The notes beneath the pieces are model-generated. The model ran no database searches and had not been told where the DNA came from. It was given only the letters and a program-made list of their open reading frames with translations. Shown one piece after another: positions 1-9,174 of a stretch of 64,000 bases of DNA. Source of the DNA: Escherichia phage P479. A program made the translations under genes and the position numbers. Location: sequence record MW269952.1; one strand, given 5' to 3'. Each line of letters opens with the position of its first letter. Within the stretch, counting starts at the first letter, position 1.

Positions 1-778
1 ATGCCGCAGCTCTTCCCACCGCACCAGTTGACATAACGCGATAAGCAAAAGTCACATCAAATGTAGCTATCTGATTATCCCCTTCATAGCTCAATTCAGG
101 CGCAGATACACTTACAGGAACACAACCAGTTAACATAACAACCGTGTGCGGTAACCCATTACGTGAATGAAGGTTAACCTGAATATCAGCTTCAACGTCT
201 TCAGGCAAAGCCCTTAGCTGGGTAACTGGGTCCTGTACAGAGTTAACCCAATCGTTAAATGCTCTGAAGTTCCCTGCCTCTGAATCCATTCTAAAGCTCA
301 ATACCAACGGAGAATATTCTCTCCCGGTTATCTTGATATTTGGTGCATTATGGTTAAGGTCCATTTCGTAGTTCAATGTGTTATCCGGAAGCTTAACAGA
401 GTGAACTAATAGACCAGCCGTTGGATATGCCATATTAAAGAAATCAAGTAGGTAAGTACCAACCTCAAATTCCCCCAATAATGATTGCACAACACGGTTA
501 CTCATTGCACCGATAAGATATTTGCTTATCCCTGATTTACGAATAAGCTTTTGTGTTCCGGCCGTAACAAGAGTTGTTATCCCCTGAGTTAAGTCACCTT
601 GTGTTAATCCGAACCAATCTGAGTTAACAGGAAGGTTACTGAATAATGCACCCCCGAACTGGTCCAGAAGATTCTGAGATTTGGAGGAAGGCGTGGTCGC
701 GAAGACCACACTAAAAAGGTTATTCCTCTGCAAGTCGATATTAATCGCTTGTGTTTGAAATTCTTGTAAAGTAAACAT
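1..778 (-). CDS. 54: baseplate tail-tube initiator gp54 (partial; C-terminal part lies beyond window start)
   Basis: Open minus-strand frame from ATG at 776-778 running off the window; N-terminus MFTLQEFQTQAINIDLQRNN resembles T4 gp54; TAATG overlap with gene 48 stop; synteny. Confidence 0.8.
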   Translation of the reverse strand, partial: MFTLQEFQTQAINIDLQRNNLFSVVFATTPSSKSQNLLDQFGGALFSNLPVNSDWFGLTQGDLTQGITTLVTAGTQKLIRKSGISKYLIGAMSNRVVQSLLGEFEVGTYLLDFFNMAYPTAGLLVHSVKLPDNTLNYEMDLNHNAPNIKITGREYSPLVLSFRMDSEAGNFRAFNDWVNSVQDPVTQLRALPEDVEADIQVNLHSRNGLPHTVVMLTGCVPVSVSAPELSYEGDNQIATFDVTFAYRVMSTGAVGRAAA

Positions 779-1872
779 TAGAAACCTTCCGCATATAGTG
801 AGCCACGGTTAAGCGTAATGATTTCACGGAAAGTGATTTCAAGTACAAAAGTCGATGGCAGGTTAGGAGCAATAGCTAATCCACCGAAATGACCATCCGG
901 AGATTTATCGAATCTTATACTCTGAATCTGACACGGCCCAAATAGCTCCCCACGGCCATCGTATGAGCTTGTATCACCGAAGTTGCGGATATACCAGATG
1001 GTAGGGTTAGAGACCACCAGAACGTTCGTTAGGAAGCTTGTTATCTCTTCACCGAGCAACTTGCCGTCAAAGTTATCGATTGCTTCTTTTTTGAAGGTGG
1101 ATTTATACCATGTGTCGATTTTATCTTTCAACTCGGAAGCAAACGAACTTTTACCGGTTTCCCCATAGGAATAATAGTTAAAAATCTCGTATATCTTCAC
1201 TATCTGGATTAAGTCCTGGGCCGAACGTGGAGTCATTTCCCAGGTGTAAACTTTTGTCCTGTTATCCGGACCAGCATACATGCTTCGTGCGGTTGTGTAA
1301 ATCTGTTCGCCATGGTCGGCCATTACACCGTTTGTAACTGATTCGAGTGCGCCGAAAACTGCAGTCGATGCGATGTTACTAAGAATACCTGTAGCTGAGC
1401 CGCCCCCTTTCGTAATAAGAGATTCACCAACATCGTTGAATCGGTGTGATACGGATTCTACATCAGACTTCGAACGAGGCAACAGGATATTTGCAACAGC
1501 GTTTGAATCAAAACTTTTACCTGTTGAGCCCGCCCCGGTTAATTTCGATTTAGCAAAAGATGTTAAACTTTTAACCGGGTTAAATGAAGCACCATTGGAA
1601 ACTTTCTTTAATGAAGTCAATTGGCTTGACCTATCTGAGCGTAATTCCGGAGATGTTCTTGAACTGAAATTGTATGCCGTGAATAACAGACCATTTTTAT
1701 AAAGGTCATTAACTCGCATATCATCTGAAGAATCATTACCGGAAGCTCGTTCTGCTGGATATTGCGCCACAATAGTAGCTTGAGTCTGGGCAGCTTTTGA
1801 CTGCCCAGCGGAGGTCTTAGAACCTCCGTTAAATAAACCCGCAATATCAATATCGAGTTCTTTTACTTTCAT
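778..1872 (-). CDS. 48: baseplate tail tube cap gp48
   Basis: 364 aa, same length and position as T4 gp48 between 29 and 54. Confidence 0.8.
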   Translation of the reverse strand: MKVKELDIDIAGLFNGGSKTSAGQSKAAQTQATIVAQYPAERASGNDSSDDMRVNDLYKNGLLFTAYNFSSRTSPELRSDRSSQLTSLKKVSNGASFNPVKSLTSFAKSKLTGAGSTGKSFDSNAVANILLPRSKSDVESVSHRFNDVGESLITKGGGSATGILSNIASTAVFGALESVTNGVMADHGEQIYTTARSMYAGPDNRTKVYTWEMTPRSAQDLIQIVKIYEIFNYYSYGETGKSSFASELKDKIDTWYKSTFKKEAIDNFDGKLLGEEITSFLTNVLVVSNPTIWYIRNFGDTSSYDGRGELFGPCQIQSIRFDKSPDGHFGGLAIAPNLPSTFVLEITFREIITLNRGSLYAEGF

Positions 1873-1880
1873 GTTATTCC

Positions 1881-3626
1881 TTAGTTAATTCTCGTGGCCT
1901 GTCTCATGCCAGGGGCAGGGGTTGAACTTTGAGGAGGCATATTGTATTGCGTCCTGGAAGTCTTCTGAATATTATTGACCGTGTTAATTTGTGCCTGAGC
2001 TGGTACATCCTTGTATTTATTTTCTTTGGCCTTCATGCCTTCGTCAACCTTCGCAGCTTGTTGTGCATCCGGAGAAGTCTTAACATCCGGCGGTTTAACT
2101 TTCGGTTCGTCTTTGAACTTCTCGAGAGACTTATCAAGTTTTTCCAACAGGGCGCGCATATTCAGGTCTTTCGGAGCTCCACCTTTTGCCATAGCTGGGT
2201 CAGCTAATTGTTTTTCAATGTTAGCTCTCATTTCCATCGCATTCTTTTTATCGGTTGCGTCTGGCTTCATTAGGTTGTCAGCAGTTTGTGTCAAACGAAT
2301 AATATCAGCCTGTGCTTTGTCACGCTTCTTGAAATAGTCCAGACGTTCTTCTTCCGGAAGGTCTCTGAAGCTTGTGTCAATCCCACCTGCGCGAAGCTGG
2401 TCAGCTTGTTCCTTGGTAAGGTTACCATATTTTTCGGCTTGATTAATTAGTTCAGGTTTATCCTTATACTTCTTATTCATCTTCTCTGCAGCTTCCATTG
2501 CTTCGGCCGAACGTTTGTCATGATATTTTGCTATCTTGGTTTGGTCTTCATCATCCAGAGTTGCCCCTGTATTTTGCTGATAAGACATCAAAGCTGAGGC
2601 TTCCACATTATCTGCTAAATCACCCATCCCAGGGATTTTGCTTAAGATAGCTGAAATCAGTTTCGAAATACCAAGCATAAGAAGTTGAGCCATGTTCTTC
2701 GTTAAGTTGACCATCCCACGGATAATAGCTTCAGCTAATCCTAACCAGTTCCTTTCACTAAACATCGCTTCGGCGTTCTTAGCCCAGGTCATTAGTCCTT
2801 CAAGCAACGGTCCCCATTCTTTGAACTTATCATTAAATTCGGCCCATCCTTTTTCGAATTGCTTCATGAAATATTGGAAGTAAACTCGTATCGCATCGAT
2901 ACCAAATACCAACAACAATAATCCACCAATAAGCTTGGCTGCTTCGGCTGCTGCCGTAATTGTATATTTGAACAGCATTCCGGAGATTCGGTCAGCAACA
3001 GAAACCGATGCCTTAAATCCTTTTTCGGTTATCTTCGAAAGGGTATCAAGCTTATCACCAAGTGACCAGGTATTAGTCTCTTTACCTTCTGCATCGTTTT
3101 TTGGCTGTTCTGGTTCCGGAATGAAGTCAGCGTCGGGCTTTTGTTCTTCTGGCGGTATGAGCGCTGGAACGCTCGCTGTGGGCTTATTCTCTTCAGGCTC
3201 TGGTAGTGCATCCTCCACAGGTTTAAGGCTTTCAGAACCAGCCACAGGAGACGTGACGCCTATTTTACCGCTTATCATTGCACTGAGTTTGTCGAGCTTA
3301 TCCGAGAGAATATCCGTGAGGTTTTTAATCCCTTGTTGAGTCTTCTCGGTGGCTTCGGCCGTTAGTTCAACTCCGGCACTGATATCCTGGAGGACTCCAT
3401 TGTTGGTCTGGATATTCTCAATAATCTGATTACCCTTATCCTCAATAGCTTCCGATACAAGTTCGGTTGCAGCCTGAGTATTTGTAAGGGTTGTGTTCAG
3501 ATTCGATAATTCATCATTCTGTTCAGCAGAGAGGGCTTCCGCCCTCCTTTGTGGTGCTAATTCTTCGATAAGCTTTTTATTAGGCCCACCGCGTCTGAAG
3601 CTTGTTTGTTCGGAGTTCTTATTCAT
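1881..3626 (-). CDS. 29: baseplate hub subunit / tail length determinator gp29
   Basis: 581 aa, extended coiled-coil-rich protein at the T4 gene 29 position (T4 about 590 aa). Confidence 0.8.
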   Translation of the reverse strand: MNKNSEQTSFRRGGPNKKLIEELAPQRRAEALSAEQNDELSNLNTTLTNTQAATELVSEAIEDKGNQIIENIQTNNGVLQDISAGVELTAEATEKTQQGIKNLTDILSDKLDKLSAMISGKIGVTSPVAGSESLKPVEDALPEPEENKPTASVPALIPPEEQKPDADFIPEPEQPKNDAEGKETNTWSLGDKLDTLSKITEKGFKASVSVADRISGMLFKYTITAAAEAAKLIGGLLLLVFGIDAIRVYFQYFMKQFEKGWAEFNDKFKEWGPLLEGLMTWAKNAEAMFSERNWLGLAEAIIRGMVNLTKNMAQLLMLGISKLISAILSKIPGMGDLADNVEASALMSYQQNTGATLDDEDQTKIAKYHDKRSAEAMEAAEKMNKKYKDKPELINQAEKYGNLTKEQADQLRAGGIDTSFRDLPEEERLDYFKKRDKAQADIIRLTQTADNLMKPDATDKKNAMEMRANIEKQLADPAMAKGGAPKDLNMRALLEKLDKSLEKFKDEPKVKPPDVKTSPDAQQAAKVDEGMKAKENKYKDVPAQAQINTVNNIQKTSRTQYNMPPQSSTPAPGMRQATRIN

Positions 3627-4137
3627 TTAGGAGTTCCATTATTTTCAGTAACCCCTTAACAGGACCATTCGGACCCGGGATTGCTAATGTGCTTGTGATA
3701 TCGTCTGCCCACTTAGCAACAAAAGCAGGCATATCCAGAAAGTCTGGAACATCTTCCCCGAGATAAAGGGTCTCCAGGAGATTGTCAACTGGTCCGAATT
3801 CTTCATACGGTTTATTGGAGCGGAATTTAAATGTCTTTCCTTGATAAGAAAATTCAAGGCGCTGACAGATATAAACAGCATCCAGCTTATATGTAAATCC
3901 ATTAATCTCGCGTTTGTCTTTTAGCTTACCATTAAATTCCAGAAGATGTAAAGATACAAAGTCGGATTCGGCTGCTGTAAGATTAGGGAATATCGATTGC
4001 ATAATCTTTCTTAATGCAACATAAGGATTAGGTTCGTTTTTAATCAGATTGTGATGCTTGAGTCCAAGCTTGGGAACGTGAATCTCTTTATCACCCAGCT
4101 GTATTTTCTTCGTCGGCAGAATCAGTTTTAAGTTCAT
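3619..4137 (-). CDS. 28: baseplate hub distal subunit gp28
   Basis: Position between 27 and 29; internal ATG at 4137 has GAAGG Shine-Dalgarno; ORF track start 4179 would overlap gene 27 by 89 nt. Confidence 0.65.
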   Translation of the reverse strand: MNLKLILPTKKIQLGDKEIHVPKLGLKHHNLIKNEPNPYVALRKIMQSIFPNLTAAESDFVSLHLLEFNGKLKDKREINGFTYKLDAVYICQRLEFSYQGKTFKFRSNKPYEEFGPVDNLLETLYLGEDVPDFLDMPAFVAKWADDITSTLAIPGPNGPVKGLLKIMELLNE

Positions 4138-5260
4138 TTTTAACCTTCGGTGGTTCTTCAACTTCGATAGGCTTACCATTGGTAAACATATAGAGGTTTG
4201 TAATTGATGTATTGTTACTCACTTCATGAATAACTTCGTCTACGTAAAAATCATATTTGAATTGGTTCTTAGGGTCAAAGAAATTTATCTTATCGCCCGG
4301 GGTTAATTCAAAGTTCCCGTATGTTTTGCAATGCGCGTAACCGTCATATTGTGACATGGTTATCAATCGTTGTGCTTCCTCGAAACCATTTCGGTATGTA
4401 TAATCTGCATAGCCACCGGAACGAGATACCAGAATACTGTTTTGTCCTTCCCCAAAAGTTATTCTGGTTGCGTTCTTATCAAGGAATGAATGCGCATACA
4501 CGGTTGCGTTTTCGTATGGTTTTCTTGTGTGTTGGTTTGCCTTTGTTAACCATTCAAAATCGAAGGCTAAAGGAGTAGTCAGGTTTTGTACAAATTGACC
4601 AACCAATCGAGGTTCACCCACCACAAAATTAATTGGCTCTTGTGATGTTAACCATTCATAATCCTGGATACTTATTCCATCAATATCTTCCCATACAAAA
4701 ACAAATTTATCAGTTTCTACCGACAGGCCAACTTCCCTTATGAATTCCATATATTGGTTCATCGAATCACACCATGGAACGTTAGGAGCATAAACGTTTA
4801 TGCCGTTTATTGGTGGGGAAAGTAATGGTCTATCTTGATAAATTACCCCGGTCATTTCGACTAATGTTTCCTGTACGCTCGGGTAAAACATACGACTAAA
4901 TTTCAAGTCTTCAATTTCGTGAATAGGAGCCAGCTGAATTGTAATTATGTTATCACCCTTTGAATCCACGGAAACAGCAAAGTGTTTACTTCCATATATT
5001 CTGGATTGTGTTCGGTCGGAGTTAGCATTCTTAACGGAAATCTGAATAACCTGTTCACCATTCATTTTTGTATGCAGGTTTTTCGTATCATAGAATTGCA
5101 AGAGCCCCTCGTTTCTTCCATAAAGGGAATCACGCATGGTTAACGTTGTAAAGGTGGCAGCTAGTTCCACAAAACGGTGTTCAAGCCATGCATCATAATC
5201 TTCGTAAAGGCGGATGCTGATATTAGGAAAGCCTTCACGCTGCATAGATTTAACTGTCAT
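4091..5260 (-). CDS. 27: baseplate hub subunit gp27
   Basis: 389 aa (T4 gp27 391 aa), synteny 51-27-28-29. Confidence 0.85.
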   Translation of the reverse strand: MTVKSMQREGFPNISIRLYEDYDAWLEHRFVELAATFTTLTMRDSLYGRNEGLLQFYDTKNLHTKMNGEQVIQISVKNANSDRTQSRIYGSKHFAVSVDSKGDNIITIQLAPIHEIEDLKFSRMFYPSVQETLVEMTGVIYQDRPLLSPPINGINVYAPNVPWCDSMNQYMEFIREVGLSVETDKFVFVWEDIDGISIQDYEWLTSQEPINFVVGEPRLVGQFVQNLTTPLAFDFEWLTKANQHTRKPYENATVYAHSFLDKNATRITFGEGQNSILVSRSGGYADYTYRNGFEEAQRLITMSQYDGYAHCKTYGNFELTPGDKINFFDPKNQFKYDFYVDEVIHEVSNNTSITNLYMFTNGKPIEVEEPPKVKNELKTDSADEENTAG

Positions 5261-6009
5261 TTTTTCAAGTCCTTCTCAACTAGTGATAAAGCAATACCTC
5301 GTTCAATAGGAATCATATGCATGATGCTATCTAGCGAATATTGATTCTTTACCAGCAAGTGGTTAATTTGATAAAATACAAAGACTTCATCCGGGTTAAG
5401 GATAAGCTTAAAGACGTCAAGCAGGTCAGTATATTCGGTTTTGTGTTTTTCGCAGCAACCATATGTAAATGGGATATAAACTGAATGCATTTTCTTAAGG
5501 AGTGCTTCAAGGCTCTCTATATCAATTGCATCGATAACCTGCATCTTTGTTTCTTCGGGGAGGTCTTCCCAATTGTATTTTTGTTCCGAGTCTTCGACAG
5601 TCTGGATGGTGTTTAGAACAAGCTCCGACTTATCTTTATATTCCACTTCAGGGAACTTAAATTGTATTTTTATCCCGGCGGTTTCCATTGTTGGATTTAT
5701 CAATGGACCCTGATTCATGTTAAACAAAGTCTGCTTTGTCTTTTTACATTTTTGACATTCGAACGCTACCGGGACTTTTGTCTTACCGATAGAGGAAGTG
5801 AATACCTTCAGGAATATGTAAGGCCTCCATGCTTTTGGATACTCTCCAAAATAATCTTCCAACAGTTCGTCTAATAATTGTTTTTGTTCTTCGACGGGTT
5901 TGTTGTTCATGTCGTTTCGCACAAGCAGTAAATCACGGTAATCAGCGACTGTAAACGGTTTGAAACGATGAACTCCGTCTGGCATTTCACATCTTACGAT
6001 ATTGGCCAT
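5257..6009 (-). CDS. 51: baseplate hub assembly catalyst gp51
   Basis: 250 aa (T4 gp51 249 aa), divergent from gene 26 as in T4. Confidence 0.75.
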   Translation of the reverse strand: MANIVRCEMPDGVHRFKPFTVADYRDLLLVRNDMNNKPVEEQKQLLDELLEDYFGEYPKAWRPYIFLKVFTSSIGKTKVPVAFECQKCKKTKQTLFNMNQGPLINPTMETAGIKIQFKFPEVEYKDKSELVLNTIQTVEDSEQKYNWEDLPEETKMQVIDAIDIESLEALLKKMHSVYIPFTYGCCEKHKTEYTDLLDVFKLILNPDEVFVFYQINHLLVKNQYSLDSIMHMIPIERGIALSLVEKDLKK

Positions 6010-6033
6010 AGAATCCCCTTTTATCTTTATTGA

Positions 6034-6045
6034 TATTTATAAATA
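6034..6045. promoter_or_regulatory. overlapping divergent late promoters (TATTTATAAATA) for genes 51 and 26
   Basis: TATAAATA on plus strand at 6038-6045 and on minus strand at 6034-6041, 18-25 nt from the two divergent start codons. Confidence 0.45.
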
Positions 6046-6062
6046 CAGTAAAGGAGCAAATT

Positions 6063-6686
6063 ATGACTTATGAATTTATTGTCCAAATTAAAAATAAAAC
6101 TATAAATTGTAGGGCTTTTACCTTGCGCGAATACAAAGATTTGCTTCAGGCAAAATTAGAAAAGCGCATGGAACCTGCAATAATTGAACTGCTTAATAAA
6201 TGCACTGATGCTAAAGGGTTAAACAAACAGGAAGCCGAGCTGCTTCTTATTAATCTCTGGGCAAATAGTCTCGGAGCTGTTAACGTCGAGCATACATGGG
6301 TATGTGAGTGCGGAAAGGAACAAGATATTCCTGTGACTATAAGTCGCGCAAGCATCGTGGATGAGTCTGAGGTTATTCGTGATTTCGGGGCGTTTAAAAT
6401 TAAATTCCGTTATCCTGGACTGTTTGAAGATGGCGATAAAGGAAAAATGATTGCTTGTTGTATCGAATATATTATCACGGAAGGCGGTGAGCGTATCGTT
6501 GTTGATGACTTAAATGAGGCCGAAATCGAGGACCTGTACAATGCAATTACCCTCGATGATATAAATGCACTAACAGAAGAACTTCTCAAGCCACAGGTCC
6601 AAATGGCTATTCCTATCTCTTGCGAGTGTGGAGCACATTCTGTCCATGTAATTAAGGGGCTTAAAGAATTCTTTAAGTTTATGTAA
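6063..6686 (+). CDS. 26: baseplate hub subunit gp26
   Basis: ATG at 6063 preceded by AGGAG; about 207 aa (T4 gp26 208 aa); synteny with 25 and 51. Confidence 0.7.
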   Translation: MTYEFIVQIKNKTINCRAFTLREYKDLLQAKLEKRMEPAIIELLNKCTDAKGLNKQEAELLLINLWANSLGAVNVEHTWVCECGKEQDIPVTISRASIVDESEVIRDFGAFKIKFRYPGLFEDGDKGKMIACCIEYIITEGGERIVVDDLNEAEIEDLYNAITLDDINALTEELLKPQVQMAIPISCECGAHSVHVIKGLKEFFKFM

Positions 6687-7076
6687 ATGAATATAAACAA
6701 AATGTATAGCGATGTGTCTCCCGACTTATCTACAAGTTGGGATAAAGACGTTGCTAAAGTAACTGGTGCAAGGTCTGTTAAGAACAGTCTTTTGGGAATA
6801 ATCACCACAAGAAAAGGGTCAAGGCCTTTTATGCCTGAATTTGGATGTGATATAAGTAATCAGCTTTTTGAGAATATCACTCCATTAATCACAGATACCA
6901 TTAAACGCAACATCGTCTCCGCGGTGCGGAACTTTGAACCAAGGATAAGCAATCTGCAGGTTGCAGTTGTCCCTATGTATGATGATAACTCCATTATCGT
7001 AACGGTTCAGTTCAGCATTGTTGATGACCCTGATACCCTCGAACAAATCAGGATTCAGCTAAGTCAAAACGGTTAA
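6687..7076 (+). CDS. 25: baseplate wedge subunit gp25
   Basis: 129 aa; sequence NINKMYSD...SLLGIITTRKGSRPF.PEFGCD closely matches T4 gp25. Confidence 0.9.
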   Translation: MNINKMYSDVSPDLSTSWDKDVAKVTGARSVKNSLLGIITTRKGSRPFMPEFGCDISNQLFENITPLITDTIKRNIVSAVRNFEPRISNLQVAVVPMYDDNSIIVTVQFSIVDDPDTLEQIRIQLSQNG

Positions 7077-7112
7077 TGCTTTAATTTTATGGCTGTATAA
7101 TGGTTCTAGACC
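7077..7112 (+). promoter_or_regulatory. middle-type promoter (MotA box TGCTTTA, 11-nt spacer, TATAAT) with conserved GGTTCTAGACCC downstream module
   Basis: TGCTTTA 7077-7083, TATAAT 7095-7100, immediately upstream of uvsY; same module recurs at 13121, 22008 and inverted at 48229. Confidence 0.5.
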
Positions 7113-7129
7113 CTTACATTGGATACATT

Positions 7130-7564
7130 ATGAAAACAGAGATTGAATATAAGTTAGAAGTCTTTCAGGATGAGTTGGATGCAGATTTAAAAATTGATGG
7201 TACACAACTTCAATATGAAACACAAAACAACGTTTTGTTGCATAGCAAATGGTTGAGATTGTATACTAACTGCAAGAAAGAAATAATGCGTCTTGAGATT
7301 CAGAAGAAAACTGCACTGAAAAAACGACTAGACCATTATACAGGAAGGGGTGACCCAGGGGAAGAAGTATGCATGGATGTATACGAGAAGTCAGAATTGA
7401 AAACAGTCATGGCCGCAGATTCAAGCGTGTTGAAGATTGATACTTCAATTCAGTATTGGGCACTGCTCCAGGACTTCTGTAGCGCTGCATTAGATGGTGT
7501 TAAGTCACGAAGTTTCGCACTTAAACATATGTTAGAAATAAGACAATTTGAGGCGGGCAAGTAA
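7130..7564 (+). CDS. uvsY: recombination mediator UvsY
   Basis: Alignable along whole length to T4 UvsY (LQYE..NNV.L.SKWL, MRLEIQKK.ALK.RLD.Y.GRGD, IKHMLEIRQFEAGK); start taken at internal ATG 7130 downstream of the promoter -10. Confidence 0.9.
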   Translation: MKTEIEYKLEVFQDELDADLKIDGTQLQYETQNNVLLHSKWLRLYTNCKKEIMRLEIQKKTALKKRLDHYTGRGDPGEEVCMDVYEKSELKTVMAADSSVLKIDTSIQYWALLQDFCSAALDGVKSRSFALKHMLEIRQFEAGK

Positions 7565-7797
7565 TGCGATATTCTATCGACGATGCGTTTAACCAAGACG
7601 AAGAGTTCGAAGAAGAAATTAAGTATATGATGAAGGAATGGAAATTGAATCGTGCAGATATTCGTATCTGCGCTGACCACCCTTGTGGTGAAGATGTTAT
7701 CTATGTTAAAGGTAAATTTGCGGGATACATCGATGATGCGTTCTATTCTCACAATATGGGAATAGATACTGGTATGAGATACTTTAAGGAAAATTAA
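7564..7797 (+). CDS. small conserved protein, uvsY.-1-like
   Basis: 77-aa ORF with ATGA overlap to uvsY stop, position as in T4. Confidence 0.55.
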   Translation: MRYSIDDAFNQDEEFEEEIKYMMKEWKLNRADIRICADHPCGEDVIYVKGKFAGYIDDAFYSHNMGIDTGMRYFKEN

Positions 7798-7908
7798 ATG
7801 AAAAATATTAGTAAGATTCTCGACGAGATGGTTATCTCTGCAAACCGAATAACCGAAATTGTTAATGAGATGAAAGCTCGTGCTGCTATTATGAAGAACA
7901 CTAAATAG
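7798..7908 (+). CDS. hypothetical small protein (36 aa)
   Basis: Short ORF tightly packed between neighbours; not in ORF track (below length cutoff). Confidence 0.25.
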   Translation: MKNISKILDEMVISANRITEIVNEMKARAAIMKNTK

Positions 7909-7936
7909 ATATGTAAGTTTAACTGAGGAGACAATC

Positions 7937-8104
7937 ATGTCAGATAAGATTTGTGTTGTCTGTAAAACTCCAATCGATTCTGCATTGGTTGTGGATACAG
8001 ACCAAGGTCCGGTGCATCCGGGCGCCTGTTATAATTATGTTCAGAGTTTGCCAGTTACGGAAAATACAGAAGAGCAACTGAACGAGACCCAACTTTTAAT
8101 TTAG
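7937..8104 (+). CDS. small Cys-containing protein, uvsY.-2-like (possible zinc ribbon)
   Basis: 55-aa ORF MSDKICVVCKTPID...HPGACYNY with CxxC plus distal Cys; GAGGAG upstream. Confidence 0.45.
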   Translation: MSDKICVVCKTPIDSALVVDTDQGPVHPGACYNYVQSLPVTENTEEQLNETQLLI

Positions 8105-8161
8105 CTAGTGTTGTTAACCATTTTTGGTTTTGCCCCTTCCTTTTGGTTGGGGCCTTTTTAT

Positions 8162-8389
8162 TTAGAAATCTTCGTCTTCTTCGTCGTCCATATCCTCAAG
8201 CTCGGCGCGTTTACCGGCAAGAGCATCACGAACACTGATATCATCGGAATCTTTCAGTTCAGCTTCTTTGCTGCGTTTCTTATAATAGCCTTCCAACTCC
8301 TTCAGACCGTCCATGGTCTGACAGGAACCAATCTTAGCCATAAAGCCTTCAATTGATGCTTCGTACATAATTTCTTCGAAGGATTTCAT
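8162..8389 (-). CDS. uvsW.1: UvsW.1 small acidic protein
   Basis: 75 aa, acidic C-terminus, lies downstream of uvsW as in T4 but separated from it here by an endonuclease gene. Confidence 0.7.
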   Translation of the reverse strand: MKSFEEIMYEASIEGFMAKIGSCQTMDGLKELEGYYKKRSKEAELKDSDDISVRDALAGKRAELEDMDDEEDEDF

Positions 8390-9174
8390 TATATTTCCAC
8401 CTGTTTAATAAATTTATCGACCATTTTCCCATAGTGTACTTTAGGATATCCAGCTTCGACAGCGATTTTGGTAAATCCCGTTACTTTAGGTTTATTGTTA
8501 TTTATCCAAAGTAAAAATAACTCGTCATATAATAGCCAATGCGGATATTTTTTGGCATGAGTCTCTTTCCAATTTTTGGAATGGTCTTCACTTCTAAAAG
8601 ATTTTTTAACACCTTTATTTGCCTTTCCCGCCTTAGAACATGTCGCATAATCACCCGCCTTGACAGGAGTAAATCCTTTCATAGCTTTAGATTTTTTGTC
8701 ACGCGTTTCCTGAGACTGTTTGGACCCGGTGTTTTTTGCCCAGGCCTTTTCCAAAGCTTTTAATTTCGCGGGAGTGAATCCGACTTTTCGCATGGCGTCA
8801 ATATGTATTTGGAGACGTTCTGCGGACCATTCATATGAACCATGATTATTACCCATCAAAGCTTCACTAATTAAATGTGATGCCTTTTCTTTAAGCAGTG
8901 TAATGGTTCTTGAACTAACTTCTTTTAGGCGTCGACCGTTTGTCATACCAAATGCTGCGCGCCATAATTTACCACCTTGTGCTTTTGCTAAAATAACATG
9001 AGCTAATATATGTTCACGAACTGTTAAAGCAACTAAATTATTAGGATGGTTGGAACCTCCAACCGACTTTGGTATAATATGATGTATTTCAATTCGACAA
9101 GGAGCAGAGGTCTTTGTCCAACCCCTTGTCCTTGCATTTGAAATTAAATCATCGTAAATTTTTTGATAATTCAT
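8389..9174 (-). CDS. HNH homing endonuclease (freestanding, mob-like)
   Basis: Motif IHHIIPKSVGGSNHPNNLVALTVREHILAH (HNH); lysine-rich C-terminal DNA-binding tail; start and stop overlap the flanking genes. Confidence 0.85.
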   Translation of the reverse strand: MNYQKIYDDLISNARTRGWTKTSAPCRIEIHHIIPKSVGGSNHPNNLVALTVREHILAHVILAKAQGGKLWRAAFGMTNGRRLKEVSSRTITLLKEKASHLISEALMGNNHGSYEWSAERLQIHIDAMRKVGFTPAKLKALEKAWAKNTGSKQSQETRDKKSKAMKGFTPVKAGDYATCSKAGKANKGVKKSFRSEDHSKNWKETHAKKYPHWLLYDELFLLWINNNKPKVTGFTKIAVEAGYPKVHYGKMVDKFIKQVEI

